The notes beneath the pieces are model-generated. The model searched no databases. It saw only the letters and a program-made list of their open reading frames with translations, and was not told the origin of the DNA. A program made the position numbers and the translations under genes. This document shows, piece after piece, positions 29,194 to 41,716 of a DNA stretch of 64,000 nucleotides (positions are counted from its first letter, which is position 1; the number at the start of each line of letters is the position of its first letter). The DNA is from an uncultured Candidatus Rokubacteria bacterium (GTDB lineage: Bacteria > Methylomirabilota > Methylomirabilia > Rokubacteriales > CSP1-6): positions 8,785 to 72,784 of the forward strand of contig CAVYTA010000003.1 of the NCBI GenBank assembly GCA_963771355.1, written 5' to 3'.

Positions 29194-29652
29194 CTATTGC
29201 CGCTTGGTCTGGAAGAACTCGCGGAGGAGCGCGGCGCTCTCCTCGCCGCGCACGTCCCCGCGCACCGCTGCCTGGTGATTCAACCGCGCGTCCTCGAGGA
29301 GGCGGTACAGCGTGCGCGCCGCACCCGCCTTCGGATCGGGCGCCCCGTAAACCACACGCGTGACCCGCGCCAGCACCGCGGCGCCGCAGCACATGGCACA
29401 GGGCTCAACGGTGACGTACAGGGCCGCAGCGCCAAGCCGGTAGTTCCCCATCACCTGCGCGGCCGCCCGGAGCGCCAGCACCTCCGCGTGCGCCGTGGGA
29501 TCCTTCAGGCCGATGGGCTGGTTGTGACCGCGGCCGATCACCCGGCCGTCGAGCACCACCACCGCGCCGACCGGCACCTCGCCCGCGGCCAGCGCGGTCC
29601 GGGCCTCGTCCAGCGCCAGCCCCATGTACCGCTCGTCGTCGGGCTCGCCCAT
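29194..29652 (-). CDS. tadA: tRNA adenosine(34) deaminase
   Basis: GEVPVGA, DPTAHAE, EPCAMC, LREFF. Confidence 0.97.
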   Translation of the reverse strand: MGEPDDERYMGLALDEARTALAAGEVPVGAVVVLDGRVIGRGHNQPIGLKDPTAHAEVLALRAAAQVMGNYRLGAAALYVTVEPCAMCCGAAVLARVTRVVYGAPDPKAGAARTLYRLLEDARLNHQAAVRGDVRGEESAALLREFFQTKRQ

Positions 29653-29684
29653 CTCCTGCTTTCGCCCGCCCTCCTGCCCTCGAA

Positions 29685-29731
29685 TGGTGCGCCCTAGAGG
29701 AGTCGACCCTCTGGTCTTCGGATTCGTAGTC
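29685..29731 (-). repeat. att site: duplicated 3' 47 bp of tRNA-Arg(ACG)
   Basis: Matches 45509-45555 with 2 mismatches; covers the anticodon loop through CCA. Confidence 0.92.
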
Positions 29732-29792
29732 TGGAACAGGCGCGACAGACCCCAACGCTAGCCCATAAGTGCCCGATGCGGCAAGCACTCGT

Positions 29793-29845
29793 CTTCAACT
29801 GGCTCGACGCCACCTTCGCAGCGCCGCGGTCACAAAAGGACACCA
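29793..29845 (+). pseudogene. collapsed remnant of treS
   Basis: 29793-29830 equals 33234-33271 at 37/38 nt (FNWLD[A/P]TFAAPR), followed in frame by a KDT piece resembling 33700-33712. Confidence 0.7.
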
Positions 29846-29905
29846 TTACGGCGTGTCGAGCTCGTGCCGCGCGCCCCGGACCAGCGTCTTCAGGCGAACA
29901 GTCGG

Positions 29906-30580
29906 TCACGCCGCGGTCCCGCGCTTCCGGCGGCGACCCGCCCGGCGCTTGCCGGCGTCTCGCCAGCCACGGGGTGGCTCCACGACGGCCGGATCCGACA
30001 TCGAGACGCGAACGCCGGGCTTGTTCACCACCTGGACGGTGCTGGCTTGCGGGCCTTCCTCGCCTTCCTCCTCCTCGAAGCGCACTTCGGTGCCGACAGC
30101 GAGCCGCTCGAAGTCCTCGTGCAGGACGCTGTTACGGTGGAAGTACAGCTCGCGGCCATCCGGTGTCATCAGGAACCCATAGCCCTCGTTTCCCGCCGGG
30201 CCCGGGTACAGGCGCACGACCAGCGCCCGCGGCTCCTGCGGTCTCTTCGTCTCACCCCGCCGGCGGTCGCTCCTGGACTGCAGCTGGCGGCGGGCCGCGC
30301 GGAAGGCGCCGAGGACGATCGTCTGCAGGCTCTCGTGCATGTCGCTATCGCCCGGCTCGCGCGTGACCACGATCGGCTCCTGCAATCCGGCGCCGATGGT
30401 GAGGCGCACCCGGAAGCGGTTGCCGTCTCGCTGGTGTCGCTGCGGCTGCTCGATGGTCATGCGGCACGACACGAGCTTCCGCCCGTAGCGCTCCAGCTTG
30501 GCGGCCTCGCGCTGTACGACCGATTCGATATCTGGATCCGGCGACGCATTGCGAAACGTGATATTGACCTGGGTTTCCAT
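29906..30580 (-). CDS. HPF/RaiA-like domain fused to a cold-shock domain
   Basis: ITFRN...CRMTIEQP..H N-domain; YGFL...ELYFHRNSV...GPQASTV CSD. Confidence 0.88.
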   Translation of the reverse strand: METQVNITFRNASPDPDIESVVQREAAKLERYGRKLVSCRMTIEQPQRHQRDGNRFRVRLTIGAGLQEPIVVTREPGDSDMHESLQTIVLGAFRAARRQLQSRSDRRRGETKRPQEPRALVVRLYPGPAGNEGYGFLMTPDGRELYFHRNSVLHEDFERLAVGTEVRFEEEEGEEGPQASTVQVVNKPGVRVSMSDPAVVEPPRGWRDAGKRRAGRRRKRGTAA

Positions 30581-30784
30581 GTCCCATTTTCCAGCATCAT
30601 CCATGCCATGCGCCGAGAGCGCGATGTTCCGCGTAAACCGCAACCAGGCAGTCGTTACCCACTCCGGATTCGCGGCCTGCTGCCTTTGGCCGCTATGTCG
30701 CTCACTTTCATTCCGATCTGTCGTGGTACACGCCTTGCTGGCTACGTGGTATCCGCGGATGCTAGCTGCACAAGGAGGACAACG

Positions 30785-31042
30785 ATGGCTAGAGCGGTGA
30801 AGCGGCAGCAGGCCACCCATGCAACCGGCATTTCGAACCATCCACTCGACGAAGAGATCCGTCGACAGGAGAAGGTCCCGGCGCGCGGCCGCCGGAAGTC
30901 CCCGGGAGGCACCGATCGCCCCACCGAGCCAGCACCCGCTCGCCGTCGCGGCCGCGATGAAGGCCCGGATCAGGAGGTTCCGGTGACGCCGGGCACGAAA
31001 ACCTCGGCGCGGAAGCACAATCGCAGATTGAGGTCACGTTGA
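30785..31042 (+). CDS. small basic hypothetical protein
   Basis: Strong RBS AAGGAGGA; GISNHPLDEE..RQEKVP motif. Confidence 0.65.
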   Translation: MARAVKRQQATHATGISNHPLDEEIRRQEKVPARGRRKSPGGTDRPTEPAPARRRGRDEGPDQEVPVTPGTKTSARKHNRRLRSR

Positions 31043-31183
31043 ACCCTGCTGTCGCGATCGGATAGAGGTCGGCGGGCGGATCAGACTTCGTCGGGCTCGT
31101 CGACGCGGACGCGCGACTCGGCATTGCTGCTCAGCTCATGCTCCAGACGCTGCCGGATCTCATTCACGTCCAGCCGTCTCGGG

Positions 31184-31336
31184 TCAGCCGCCGCGCTTGA
31201 AGAACTGCACCGCCCGTTCATGCCGCTCGGCGGCCGCGCGCGTCTTGAACGTTCCCAGGTTGCGGCGGCGTCCGGTGCGCGGATTCTTCTTGCGGGAATA
31301 GAGCCGGTATCCTCCTCCAGGAAGCCGGCGGATCAT
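31184..31336 (-). CDS. conserved 50-aa basic hypothetical protein
   Basis: MIRRLPGGGYRLYSRKKNPRTGRRRNLGTF...HERAVQFFK, a small-protein family recognised from memory. Confidence 0.75.
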   Translation of the reverse strand: MIRRLPGGGYRLYSRKKNPRTGRRRNLGTFKTRAAAERHERAVQFFKRGG

Positions 31337-31652
31337 GCGGGCAGCCCGGAGAGGAGCTTCTCGAGGGTGATGAACATCGTCGAGAGAGCCAGGATCGTCC
31401 TCATGGCGAGGAGGTTCAGCAAGCTCGGTGCCAGGCGGTGGACGGCCTTCGAGCGTGGAAAACGGGATAAGCTCCTGGGATGACAGCGGCAAGAAAGTAC
31501 GCCGGTGAGAACCTACCGGGTAAGAACGTAGCGTTAGTCGAGCCTCACGACTCTGGACTGAACGCCTCGTCCTCGGACAGACCACACCGATCACACCCGG
31601 TGATCGGCACTTCGTCCTGCCCGACCGTGAATGGTTGACTCATCGCTATGCC

Positions 31653-32156
31653 TCAACGGCCCGAGCGAGCGCGTGTCCGCGCCGCCTTTCGTGCCGCCGC
31701 AGAGCGACGGCGCGGGCCCTTGGTTCGGACGGCCTTGCCGGCCGCCACCGAGCGTGCACGAGGGCCACGCCGGCGCGCGGCGGAACGCGCCTGGCGCCCC
31801 ACCGCCGCTCTCGAGGCGGCCGAGTGTCCTTCGCGCTTCAGCGCGGTAAGGGCGGCGCGCGACCGCTTCGGCGAAGGCTTCTTCTTTCGTGACCGAGCGC
31901 GCTTCAGCGCAAGCTTTGCGTTGCGGCGCGTCTTCGCGGACGCCTTCCCCTTCCTCGGCGCCCGGAGCTTCACGCCGGCGCTCCGCGCCTTCGAGAGGCC
32001 GATCGCGATCGCCTGCTCGGGGGACCGCGCCCCATGCTTGCCCTCGCGAACGTGATGCATCTCCTCGCGCACGAACTCGCCCGCCTGCGTCGACGGGGCC
32101 TTCCCCTCGCGCTTGTCCTTTTCAGCTCGCTCCACTGTGCTCTTCTCCGGCATCAT
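31653..32156 (-). CDS. DUF6496-like basic putative DNA-binding protein
   Basis: RBS AAGGAGG; STQAGEFVREE..H.REGKHGARS..QAIAIGLSKAR followed by a K/R/A-rich tail. Confidence 0.8.
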   Translation of the reverse strand: MMPEKSTVERAEKDKREGKAPSTQAGEFVREEMHHVREGKHGARSPEQAIAIGLSKARSAGVKLRAPRKGKASAKTRRNAKLALKRARSRKKKPSPKRSRAALTALKREGHSAASRAAVGRQARSAARRRGPRARSVAAGKAVRTKGPRRRSAAARKAARTRARSGR

Positions 32157-32274
32157 GACCTTTTCCTCCTTTGGTCAAGCTGGGACACAACTGTAATGTC
32201 CGGAGAGCAACTGTGATGCCAGCAGCTCAGGGGCCCGCCCTTGACCGCCGGGGCCGCTTCTGTTCTCGTGCTCC

Positions 32275-34503
32275 ATGATGGCAGCCGCAGCCACGACCCG
32301 CCTGCGCGGCGTCCTCCTCGTCCTGGCTACGCTCCTCGGAGCGTTTGGGCCCGCCTGCCAGCCGCTGCCCACACCCAGGCCCGCCCCAGCCCCCAGCGCC
32401 GCGCCCGCCCCCGCCGCGCCCGCTCCGTCGGCGCCGTCGGTGCCAGCGCCGGAGGTCGTCTCCGGCGAGACCTACATCCGTTGGCTCGTGGAGCGCTCGA
32501 TGCTCCACCAGGCGGAGCTGGCCGCGCGGCGCTTCGCGGGCCAGGGACAGATGTGGCAGCATCCCTACGCCACGCCGCAGCCGCGCGCCGCCTCGGCGTT
32601 GGCCTCAGTGTGGTTCACCGCGTACCCGCCGTCTCAGATCACGGGGCCGGGCGAGTCGGTGCTGGAAAGCCTGGGCGACCCAGAGCTCTGGCGCGTCTTT
32701 CATGACATCGGGATCGGCGGCATGCACACCGGCCCCATGAAGCGCGCCGGCGGCATCCGCGAGCGCGAGTACACGCCCACCGTGGACGGCAACTTCGACC
32801 GCATCAGCAGCGAGATCGACCCGGGCTTCGGCACCGAGGCGCAGTACCAGGCCATGGTCCGGCACGCGCGCGACCACGGTGCCGTGCTCATCGGCGACGT
32901 CATCCCCGGCCACAGCGGCAAGGGCGCCGACTTCCGTCTCGCCGAGCGGGGCTACGGCGACTACCCGGGCCTCTACCACCTGGTGGAGATCCGGCCGGCG
33001 GACTGGAGCCTCCTCCCCGCGGTGCCGGCCGGCAAGGACTCGATCAACCTCGGGCCCGCGGCGGTGGACGCCCTCAAGGCGGGCGGGTACATCGTCGGGC
33101 AGCTGCCGCGCACCATCTTCTACGAGCCGGGCGTCAAGGAGACGGACTGGTCGGCCACCGACGTCGTGGTCGGCGCCGACGGCAAGCGCCGCCGGTGGGT
33201 ATACCTGCACTACTTCAAGGATGGGCAGCCCAGCTTCAACTGGCTCGACCCCACCTTCGCAGCGCCGCGGTTGGTGGCGGGCGACGCCATCCACTCGCTG
33301 GCCACCCTGGGCGAGCGCATGCTGCGCCTGGACGCCAACGGCTTCCTCGGCATCGAGGTCGGCCGGAGCAACAGCCGCGCCTGGTCCGAGGGCCATCCGC
33401 TCTCGGTCACCGCCAACCAGCTCATCGCCGGCCTGGTGCGCAAGCTCGGAGGCTTCACCTTCCAGGAGCTCAACCTCACGCTCGAGGATATCCAGGCGAT
33501 GTCCCAGGGGGGCGCGGATCTCTCCTACGATTTCGTCACGCGCCCCGCCTACCAGCACGCCCTCGTCACCGGCGACGCCGGGTTCCTCCGTCTCATGCTC
33601 GGCCTGCAGCGAGCCTACCAGGTCGACCCGGCCGCCCTCATCCACGCGCTCCAGAACCACGACGAGCTCACGCTCGAGCTGGTGCATTTCTGGACCCGAC
33701 ACAAGGACACCACGTTCACCTTCCGCGGCAAACCGGTGAAGGGCGGCACGCTGCGCGAGACCATCCGGGCCGAGATGCACGGCCGCCTGCTGGGCCCGGC
33801 GGCCCCCTACAACCTCAAAGCCGCCAACGGCGTCTCCTGCACCACCGCCACCGTGGCCGCCGCCGCCCTCGGCATCCGCGATATCGGGCATCTCACCGAG
33901 GCGCAGCGGCGCGACATCCAGCGCGCTCATCTGCTCCTGGCCCTGTACAACGCCATGCAACCGGGCGTCTTCGCCCTCTCCGGCTGGGATCTGGTGGGCG
34001 CCCTGACGCTGCCGGGCGAGTCCGTGAAACCCTTGATCGCCGAGGGCGACACGCGCTGGATCAACCGGGGCGCCTATGACCTGCTGGGCAAGCACTCCGG
34101 CGTGGCGAAGTCGAGCAGCGATCTACCGCGGGCCCAGGCCCTCTACGGCCCGCTCCCCGAGCAGCTCAAGCGCCCGGACTCGTTCGCCTCCGAGCTCCGC
34201 AAGATGCTGCGCGTGCGCGCGCAATACCGCATCAACGAGAGCGAGCAGGTCGAGCTGCCGGCGGTGCAGGCCCAGAGTCTGGTCGTCATGGTCCACCGAC
34301 TTCCCGGCGGCGCGGGCACCCAGGTCACTGCCGTCAACTTCGGCCGCGCGGCCGTCCGCGAGGCCGTGACGCTCAAGACGGCGCCGCCGGGCGGGGCGGT
34401 CGCCGACCTCCTCGCTGAGAAGACGCTCGGGAAGCTGGGCCCGGACGGGCGGCTGCCGCTCGCGCTCGGTCCGCACGAGGGGCAGGTCCTGCTCATCAAG
34501 TAG
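32275..34503 (+). CDS. treS: maltose alpha-D-glucosyltransferase (trehalose synthase, Pseudomonas-type GH13) with N-terminal signal and Pro/Ala linker
   Basis: [26 protein letters not shown] (nucleophile), [23 protein letters not shown]. Confidence 0.9.
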   Translation: MMAAAATTRLRGVLLVLATLLGAFGPACQPLPTPRPAPAPSAAPAPAAPAPSAPSVPAPEVVSGETYIRWLVERSMLHQAELAARRFAGQGQMWQHPYATPQPRAASALASVWFTAYPPSQITGPGESVLESLGDPELWRVFHDIGIGGMHTGPMKRAGGIREREYTPTVDGNFDRISSEIDPGFGTEAQYQAMVRHARDHGAVLIGDVIPGHSGKGADFRLAERGYGDYPGLYHLVEIRPADWSLLPAVPAGKDSINLGPAAVDALKAGGYIVGQLPRTIFYEPGVKETDWSATDVVVGADGKRRRWVYLHYFKDGQPSFNWLDPTFAAPRLVAGDAIHSLATLGERMLRLDANGFLGIEVGRSNSRAWSEGHPLSVTANQLIAGLVRKLGGFTFQELNLTLEDIQAMSQGGADLSYDFVTRPAYQHALVTGDAGFLRLMLGLQRAYQVDPAALIHALQNHDELTLELVHFWTRHKDTTFTFRGKPVKGGTLRETIRAEMHGRLLGPAAPYNLKAANGVSCTTATVAAAALGIRDIGHLTEAQRRDIQRAHLLLALYNAMQPGVFALSGWDLVGALTLPGESVKPLIAEGDTRWINRGAYDLLGKHSGVAKSSSDLPRAQALYGPLPEQLKRPDSFASELRKMLRVRAQYRINESEQVELPAVQAQSLVVMVHRLPGGAGTQVTAVNFGRAAVREAVTLKTAPPGGAVADLLAEKTLGKLGPDGRLPLALGPHEGQVLLIK

Positions 34504-34521
34504 TCCCGCGGAGGATCGGAG

Positions 34522-35949
34522 ATGACCGGAGAGGGCTCGCGACCACGCCTGAGCTTCTGGCAGATCTGGAACATGAGCTTCGGCTTCCTGGGCATCCAGT
34601 TCGGCTGGGCGCTGCAGATGGCCAACATGAGCGCGATCTACGAGTACCTCGGCGCCGATGCCCACCAGATCCCCATCCTGTGGCTCGCCGCCCCGCTGAC
34701 CGGCTTGCTCGTGCAGCCTGTCATCGGCCACATGAGCGACCGCACCTGGAATCGCCTGGGCCGGCGCCGCCCCTACTTTCTCACGGGCGCGCTGCTCGCC
34801 TCCTTCGCGCTGATCGCCATGCCCAGCTCGGGCACGCTCTGGATGGCGGCCGGGCTGCTGTGGGTGATGGACGCCTCCATCAACATCAGCATGGAGCCCT
34901 TCCGCGCCTTCGTCGCCGACCTGCTCCCGCCGGAGCAGCGCACGCGCGGCTACGCCATGCAGGCGTTCTTCATCGGGCTGGGGGCGGTCATCGCCTCGAT
35001 GCTTCCCTGGCTGCTCTACGACATCTTCCCGGCCGGCGGTGACGGCGGAACGCCCGGGAAATCCATTCCGTTCGGGGTGAGGCTGGCCTTCTATCTCGGC
35101 GCGTTCACTTTCCTGGCGGCCGTGCTCTGGACCATCTTCACGACCCGGGAGCATCCGCCGGAGGACCTGGAGGCCTTCCGGCGGATGAAGGCCGAGAAGG
35201 CCAGTTTCGGCGCCGCCGTCGCCGAGATCTTCCACGACGTGCTGGCCATGCCGCCGACCATGCGGCGTCTGGCTTGGGTGCAGATCTTCACCTGGCTGGG
35301 TTTCTTCTGCATGTGGCTCTACTTCGGGGTGGCGGTGGCCCGGAACATCTTCGGCGGCACCCCCGGCACGCCGGCCTACGAGCAGGGCATCGCCTGGGCG
35401 GGTAACTGCTTCGCCATGTACTCCGCCGTCTGCTTCGCCTTCTCGTTCGCCTTGCCCGCCGTGGCCGGGTGGCTGGGCCGCCGGCTCACCCACGGCCTGT
35501 GCCTGCTGATGGGGGCCATCGGCCTGGTCTCGGTGGCCGTCATCGATGACAAGTACCTGCTCCTCCTGCCCATGGTGGGCGTGGGTGTGGCCTGGGCCAG
35601 CACCCTCACCATGCCGTATGCCATCCTGGCCGGCGCCCTGCCCGCCGGGAAGACCGGCATCTACATGGGCATCTTCAACTTCTTCATCGTCATTCCTGAG
35701 ATCCTGGCCGCGCTCGGCTTCGGCACGATCATGGAGCGCCTCCTCACCAACGAGAGCGCGCTGGTATTGTTGTTGGGCGGCGACAACCGGCTCGCCGTTG
35801 TCGTCATCGGCGGCCTCTCGCTGGCCGTGGCGGCGGCTCTCTGCGCCATCGTTACCGACCCCGAGGCCGATCGGGGCGCCCCGCCGTCGCCCCCGGACCC
35901 CGCGCGACTGATCGAGCACCCTGTCCCCTCCGGGGAGAGGGCAAGATGA
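34522..35949 (+). CDS. MFS sugar transporter (maltose/sucrose MalT-like)
   Basis: [47 protein letters not shown]. Confidence 0.92.
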   Translation: MTGEGSRPRLSFWQIWNMSFGFLGIQFGWALQMANMSAIYEYLGADAHQIPILWLAAPLTGLLVQPVIGHMSDRTWNRLGRRRPYFLTGALLASFALIAMPSSGTLWMAAGLLWVMDASINISMEPFRAFVADLLPPEQRTRGYAMQAFFIGLGAVIASMLPWLLYDIFPAGGDGGTPGKSIPFGVRLAFYLGAFTFLAAVLWTIFTTREHPPEDLEAFRRMKAEKASFGAAVAEIFHDVLAMPPTMRRLAWVQIFTWLGFFCMWLYFGVAVARNIFGGTPGTPAYEQGIAWAGNCFAMYSAVCFAFSFALPAVAGWLGRRLTHGLCLLMGAIGLVSVAVIDDKYLLLLPMVGVGVAWASTLTMPYAILAGALPAGKTGIYMGIFNFFIVIPEILAALGFGTIMERLLTNESALVLLLGGDNRLAVVVIGGLSLAVAAALCAIVTDPEADRGAPPSPPDPARLIEHPVPSGERAR

Positions 35950-36024
35950 GGGGCCCCGGCGTCTCCATTCCACCTCGGGATGTTGCGGGCACCGGCGCAC
36001 AAGCGCGGGACGGCTGTCTGACCG

Positions 36025-36339
36025 TCAGAACAGGCCGAGCTGGAGCCTCGCCGCCTCCGACATCCGGCTCTGGTCCCAGGGCGGATCGAACACGACGTCG
36101 ACCTTCACGTCGCTGACGCCGGGGACCGCGCGGATCCGCTCCTCGACCTCCCGGGGCAGCGTTTGGGCGGCCGGGCACCCCGCGGCGGTCAAGGTCATCC
36201 GGACGGTGACCGCCCCGGATGCGTCGATCGCGATCCCGTAGATCAGCCCCAGCTCATGGATGTTCACCGGGATCTCCGGGTCGTAGACCGTCTGCAGGGC
36301 CTCCACGACGAGCTTCTCGATCTCTGCCTGCTCGGCCAT
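36025..36339 (-). CDS. DUF59/MIP18 Fe-S assembly protein (SufT-like)
   Basis: DPEIPVNIHELGLIY, TLTAAGCP, PPW....MSEAA. Confidence 0.92.
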   Translation of the reverse strand: MAEQAEIEKLVVEALQTVYDPEIPVNIHELGLIYGIAIDASGAVTVRMTLTAAGCPAAQTLPREVEERIRAVPGVSDVKVDVVFDPPWDQSRMSEAARLQLGLF

Positions 36340-36360
36340 GACGGCCTCCTATGACCTTCT

Positions 36361-36804
36361 CTATTCTGTAGTCACGGGCTCGGCCTTGCCCGCCAGCGCC
36401 GCGTGCACCGTGTGCCAGGCCAGCGTCGCGCACTTGATGCGGCTCGGGAACTCCCGCACGCCGGCAAAGACGCCGAGCTTGCCCAGCTCCGCGTCGGGGC
36501 CGTTCTCGGTCAGCATGGCGCGGAACCGCTCGAAGGCCTCCTCGGCTTCGGTCACCGTCTTGCCCTTGAGGTCGGCGGTCATCATCGACGCGGACGCCTT
36601 GGAGATGGCGCAGCCCGAGCCCTGGAAGCCGATGTCGCGGATCACCTCGCCCTCGAGCGCGATCTCCACCGTCAGCCGGTCGCCGCAGAGCGGGTTGTAG
36701 CCCTCGGCCGCCCGGCTCGGGTGCACGAGCGTCCGGAAGTTCCGCGGCTTCCGGTTATGATCGAGGATGACCTGCTGGTAGAGATCGCGCAGCTCGGACG
36801 TCAT
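36361..36804 (-). other. sufU: SUF system NifU-like sulfur transfer protein
   Basis: NPLCGD, GSGCAIS, RIKCATL. Confidence 0.95.
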
Positions 36805-38036
36805 CCGAAGACCTCCCGGACCTTGGCGAGCCCCTCGACCAGCGCGTCGATGTCTTCACGCGTGTTGTAGACGCCCAGGGAGGCTCGCGCGGTGGCCGCG
36901 ATGCCGAACCGCGTCATGACCGGCATCGCGCAGTGGTGCCCCGTCCGCACCGCGATGCCCTCGCGGTCGAGGATGCTGCCCACGTCGTGGGCGTGCACTC
37001 CGTCGACCAGGAACGACAGCACCGAGGCTTTCTCGCGCGCGGTGCCGACGAGGCGCAGGCCGGGGAGCGCCGAGAGCCGCTTCGTGCCATGGACGAGCAG
37101 CGCGTGCTCGTGAGCCGCGACCCGGTCGAGCCCGAGGCCCTCCAGGTACTCGAGGGCGGCGCCGAGGCCGATGGCGCCCGCGATGTCCGGCGTGCCCGCC
37201 TCGAACTTGTACGGCAGGTCGTTGTAGACGGTCTTCTCGAAGCTGACCGACTTGATCATGTCGCCCCCGCCCTGGTAGGGCGGCATCGCCTCGAGGAGCG
37301 CGGTCTTGCCATAGAGGACGCCGATGCCGGTCGGTCCGTACGTCTTGTGCCCGGAGAACGTGTAGAAGTCGCAGTCGAGATCCTGGACGTCGATCCGCAG
37401 GTGCGGCGCGGCCTGGGCGCCGTCCACCAGCACCGCGATGCCGCGACGGTGGGCCGCCTCGATCATCCGCTTGACTGGTACGATGGTGCCGAGCGCGTTG
37501 GAGACGTGGGCCACCCCGACCAGCCGGGTCCGTTCGCCGAGCAGCCGCTCGTAGGCGTCGACGTCCACCTCGCCCGCGTCGTCGATGGGGACCACGCGCA
37601 GCGTCGCGCCCGTCTCCTCGCAGAGCATCTGCCACGGCACGATGTTCGAGTGGTGCTCGAGCGCGGTGATGATCACCTCGTCACCCGCCCCCACCGTCCG
37701 CCGGCCGTAGGTCTGCGCCACCAGGTTGATGCCCTCGGTCGTCCCCCGGACGAAGACGATCTCCCGCGAATGGGCCGCGTTGAGGAAGCGCTGGATGCGC
37801 CCGCGCGCGCCCTCGTACGCCTCGGTGGCGCGCTCGCTCAGCTGGTGCACGCCCCGGTGCACATTGGCGTTGTCGCGCGCGTAGTAGTCCGCGAGTGCGT
37901 CGAGCACGACCTGCGGCTTCTGGGACGTCGCCGCGCTATCCAGGTAGACCAGCGGCCGCCCGTGCACCTCCTGGTGGAGGATCGGGAAGTCTTTCCGGAT
38001 CCGTTCCACGTCCAGGGCCATCGTTGATTCCTTCAT
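36801..38036 (-). CDS. sufS: cysteine desulfurase
   Basis: YLDSAATSQKP, SGHK, RTGHHCA. Confidence 0.97.
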   Translation of the reverse strand: MKESTMALDVERIRKDFPILHQEVHGRPLVYLDSAATSQKPQVVLDALADYYARDNANVHRGVHQLSERATEAYEGARGRIQRFLNAAHSREIVFVRGTTEGINLVAQTYGRRTVGAGDEVIITALEHHSNIVPWQMLCEETGATLRVVPIDDAGEVDVDAYERLLGERTRLVGVAHVSNALGTIVPVKRMIEAAHRRGIAVLVDGAQAAPHLRIDVQDLDCDFYTFSGHKTYGPTGIGVLYGKTALLEAMPPYQGGGDMIKSVSFEKTVYNDLPYKFEAGTPDIAGAIGLGAALEYLEGLGLDRVAAHEHALLVHGTKRLSALPGLRLVGTAREKASVLSFLVDGVHAHDVGSILDREGIAVRTGHHCAMPVMTRFGIAATARASLGVYNTREDIDALVEGLAKVREVFG

Positions 38037-39381
38037 GCCGCCTCCTCGGGGACCCGGCCGCCGCGCAGCCGGCGCCGCAGCAGCTCCTCGCACCAGACCC
38101 GCACCGGCTCCACGCGGATCCGGCCGAGCACCTCGTTGGCGAACCCGTGGGTGAGCAGGGAGCGGGCGGCTACCTCGTCGAGCCCGCGGCTCTCGAGGTA
38201 GAAGATCGCGTCCTCCGCGAGCTGGCCGTCGGCCGCGCCGTGGCTGCACTTGACGTCGTCCGCGAAGATCTCGAGCTGCGGCTTGCTGTCCACCTCTACC
38301 CCGTCCGACAGGATGAGGTTCTTGTTCGTCTGATGGGCGTCGGTCCCGTTGGCCCTCGGCCGGACGACAACCCGCCCGTTGAATACGCCCCGCGCCCGAC
38401 CGTCGAGCACACCCTTGTAGAGCTGGCGGCTCGTGGTCCGCGGCTGGGCGTGATCCACCACCGTGTGGGTATCCACGTGCTGGACACCCCCGACCACAAA
38501 GAGTCCGTTCAACGTGCACTCCGCCCCTTCGGCATCAAGCCGCGCGTCGACGTCGTTCCGGACGAGCCGCCCGCCGAGGGTCACGGCGCATGAGGCAAAC
38601 CGGCTGTCCGCCCCCTGGCGCACCCGGGTGCGGCCCACGTGAATGCCCTGGCGGCCCTCCAGCACGACGCGGTGATGGTCGAGGACGGCACCCGGGCCGA
38701 GGGCGATCTCGGTGGACACATTGGTCAGATAGGCCTCGTCGGCCAGGGCGACGTAGCTTTCCACCAGCACCGCCCGGCTCTCCGGCTCGAGCACGATCAG
38801 GCTCCTCGGATGGTCGGCGCGCCCCCCTGACGCGGTGGCCACGAACAGGAGCTGAATGGGCTCCTCGAGGCTGACCCCGGCCGGCACATGCAGGAACGCG
38901 CCATCCGCCCAGAAGGCCGCGTTGAGCGCGCTGAAGGCGTCACCGGACTCAGCGGCGGGGGGCTCCGCGGCGCCGGCGAGGTGGGGGCGCACCGTCGGCT
39001 CGTCGGTGATCAGGGCCTCCGCGAGGCTGCCGAGACGGCCGCCCGGCGGCAACGGCTGGATAGTCGAGAGCTTGGCCACGTACCGCCCGTCGACGAACAC
39101 GAGGCGGCTCCACGAGTCCGGCCCCATCGAGAAGCGCGCCAGGTCTTCCTCGGACGGCATCTCCCGCGCCGCATCGGCGGCCAGGTCGAGTGGCGCCGCC
39201 ACCAGCGGCGCGAGGCTCGTGTACTTCCACTCCTCGTCGCGGGTGGTGGGCAGGCCACGCTCGGCGAAGCGGTCGATCGCGGCCCGGCGCGCCTCGCGCA
39301 GCCAGGCCGATCCGTCGACGGCGCCTCGCCGCTCGCGCTCGCCGTACGCCGCGAGGAAGGTTTCCTTAGTGGTCCGGTCCG

Positions 39382-39385
<4 letters not shown>
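38033..39385 (-). CDS. sufD: Fe-S cluster assembly protein SufD
   Basis: EEWKYT, PQLEIFADDVKCSHGA, FYLESRG. Confidence 0.96.
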
Positions 39386-40149
<764 letters not shown>

Positions 40150-40159
40150 TCCTCTCCCT

Positions 40160-41620
<1,461 letters not shown>

Positions 41621-41673
41621 TCGCTTGTCCCCCTCCCCGTCTACATAGCTCAGCGTACCCCCATCCTGTGGAG

Positions 41674-41696
41674 ATGGCGACTAGAAAGGTCGTATT
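41674..41696. promoter_or_regulatory. Rrf2/IscR-type operator candidate upstream of sufB
   Basis: CGAC-N7-GTCG inverted repeat in an AT-rich patch; spacing like IscR type-1 boxes. Confidence 0.5.
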
Positions 41697-41716
41697 TATA
41701 ACTCGAATAGAAACAG

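Noticed and set aside
29685-29731. Possible second tRNA-Arg gene
   Set aside because: Lacks the D-arm and 5' acceptor strand and has a T-loop mutation; treated as an att remnant
29793-29830. Spacer-sized 38-bp self-match suggesting CRISPR
   Set aside because: No flanking repeats, array or cas genes in the window
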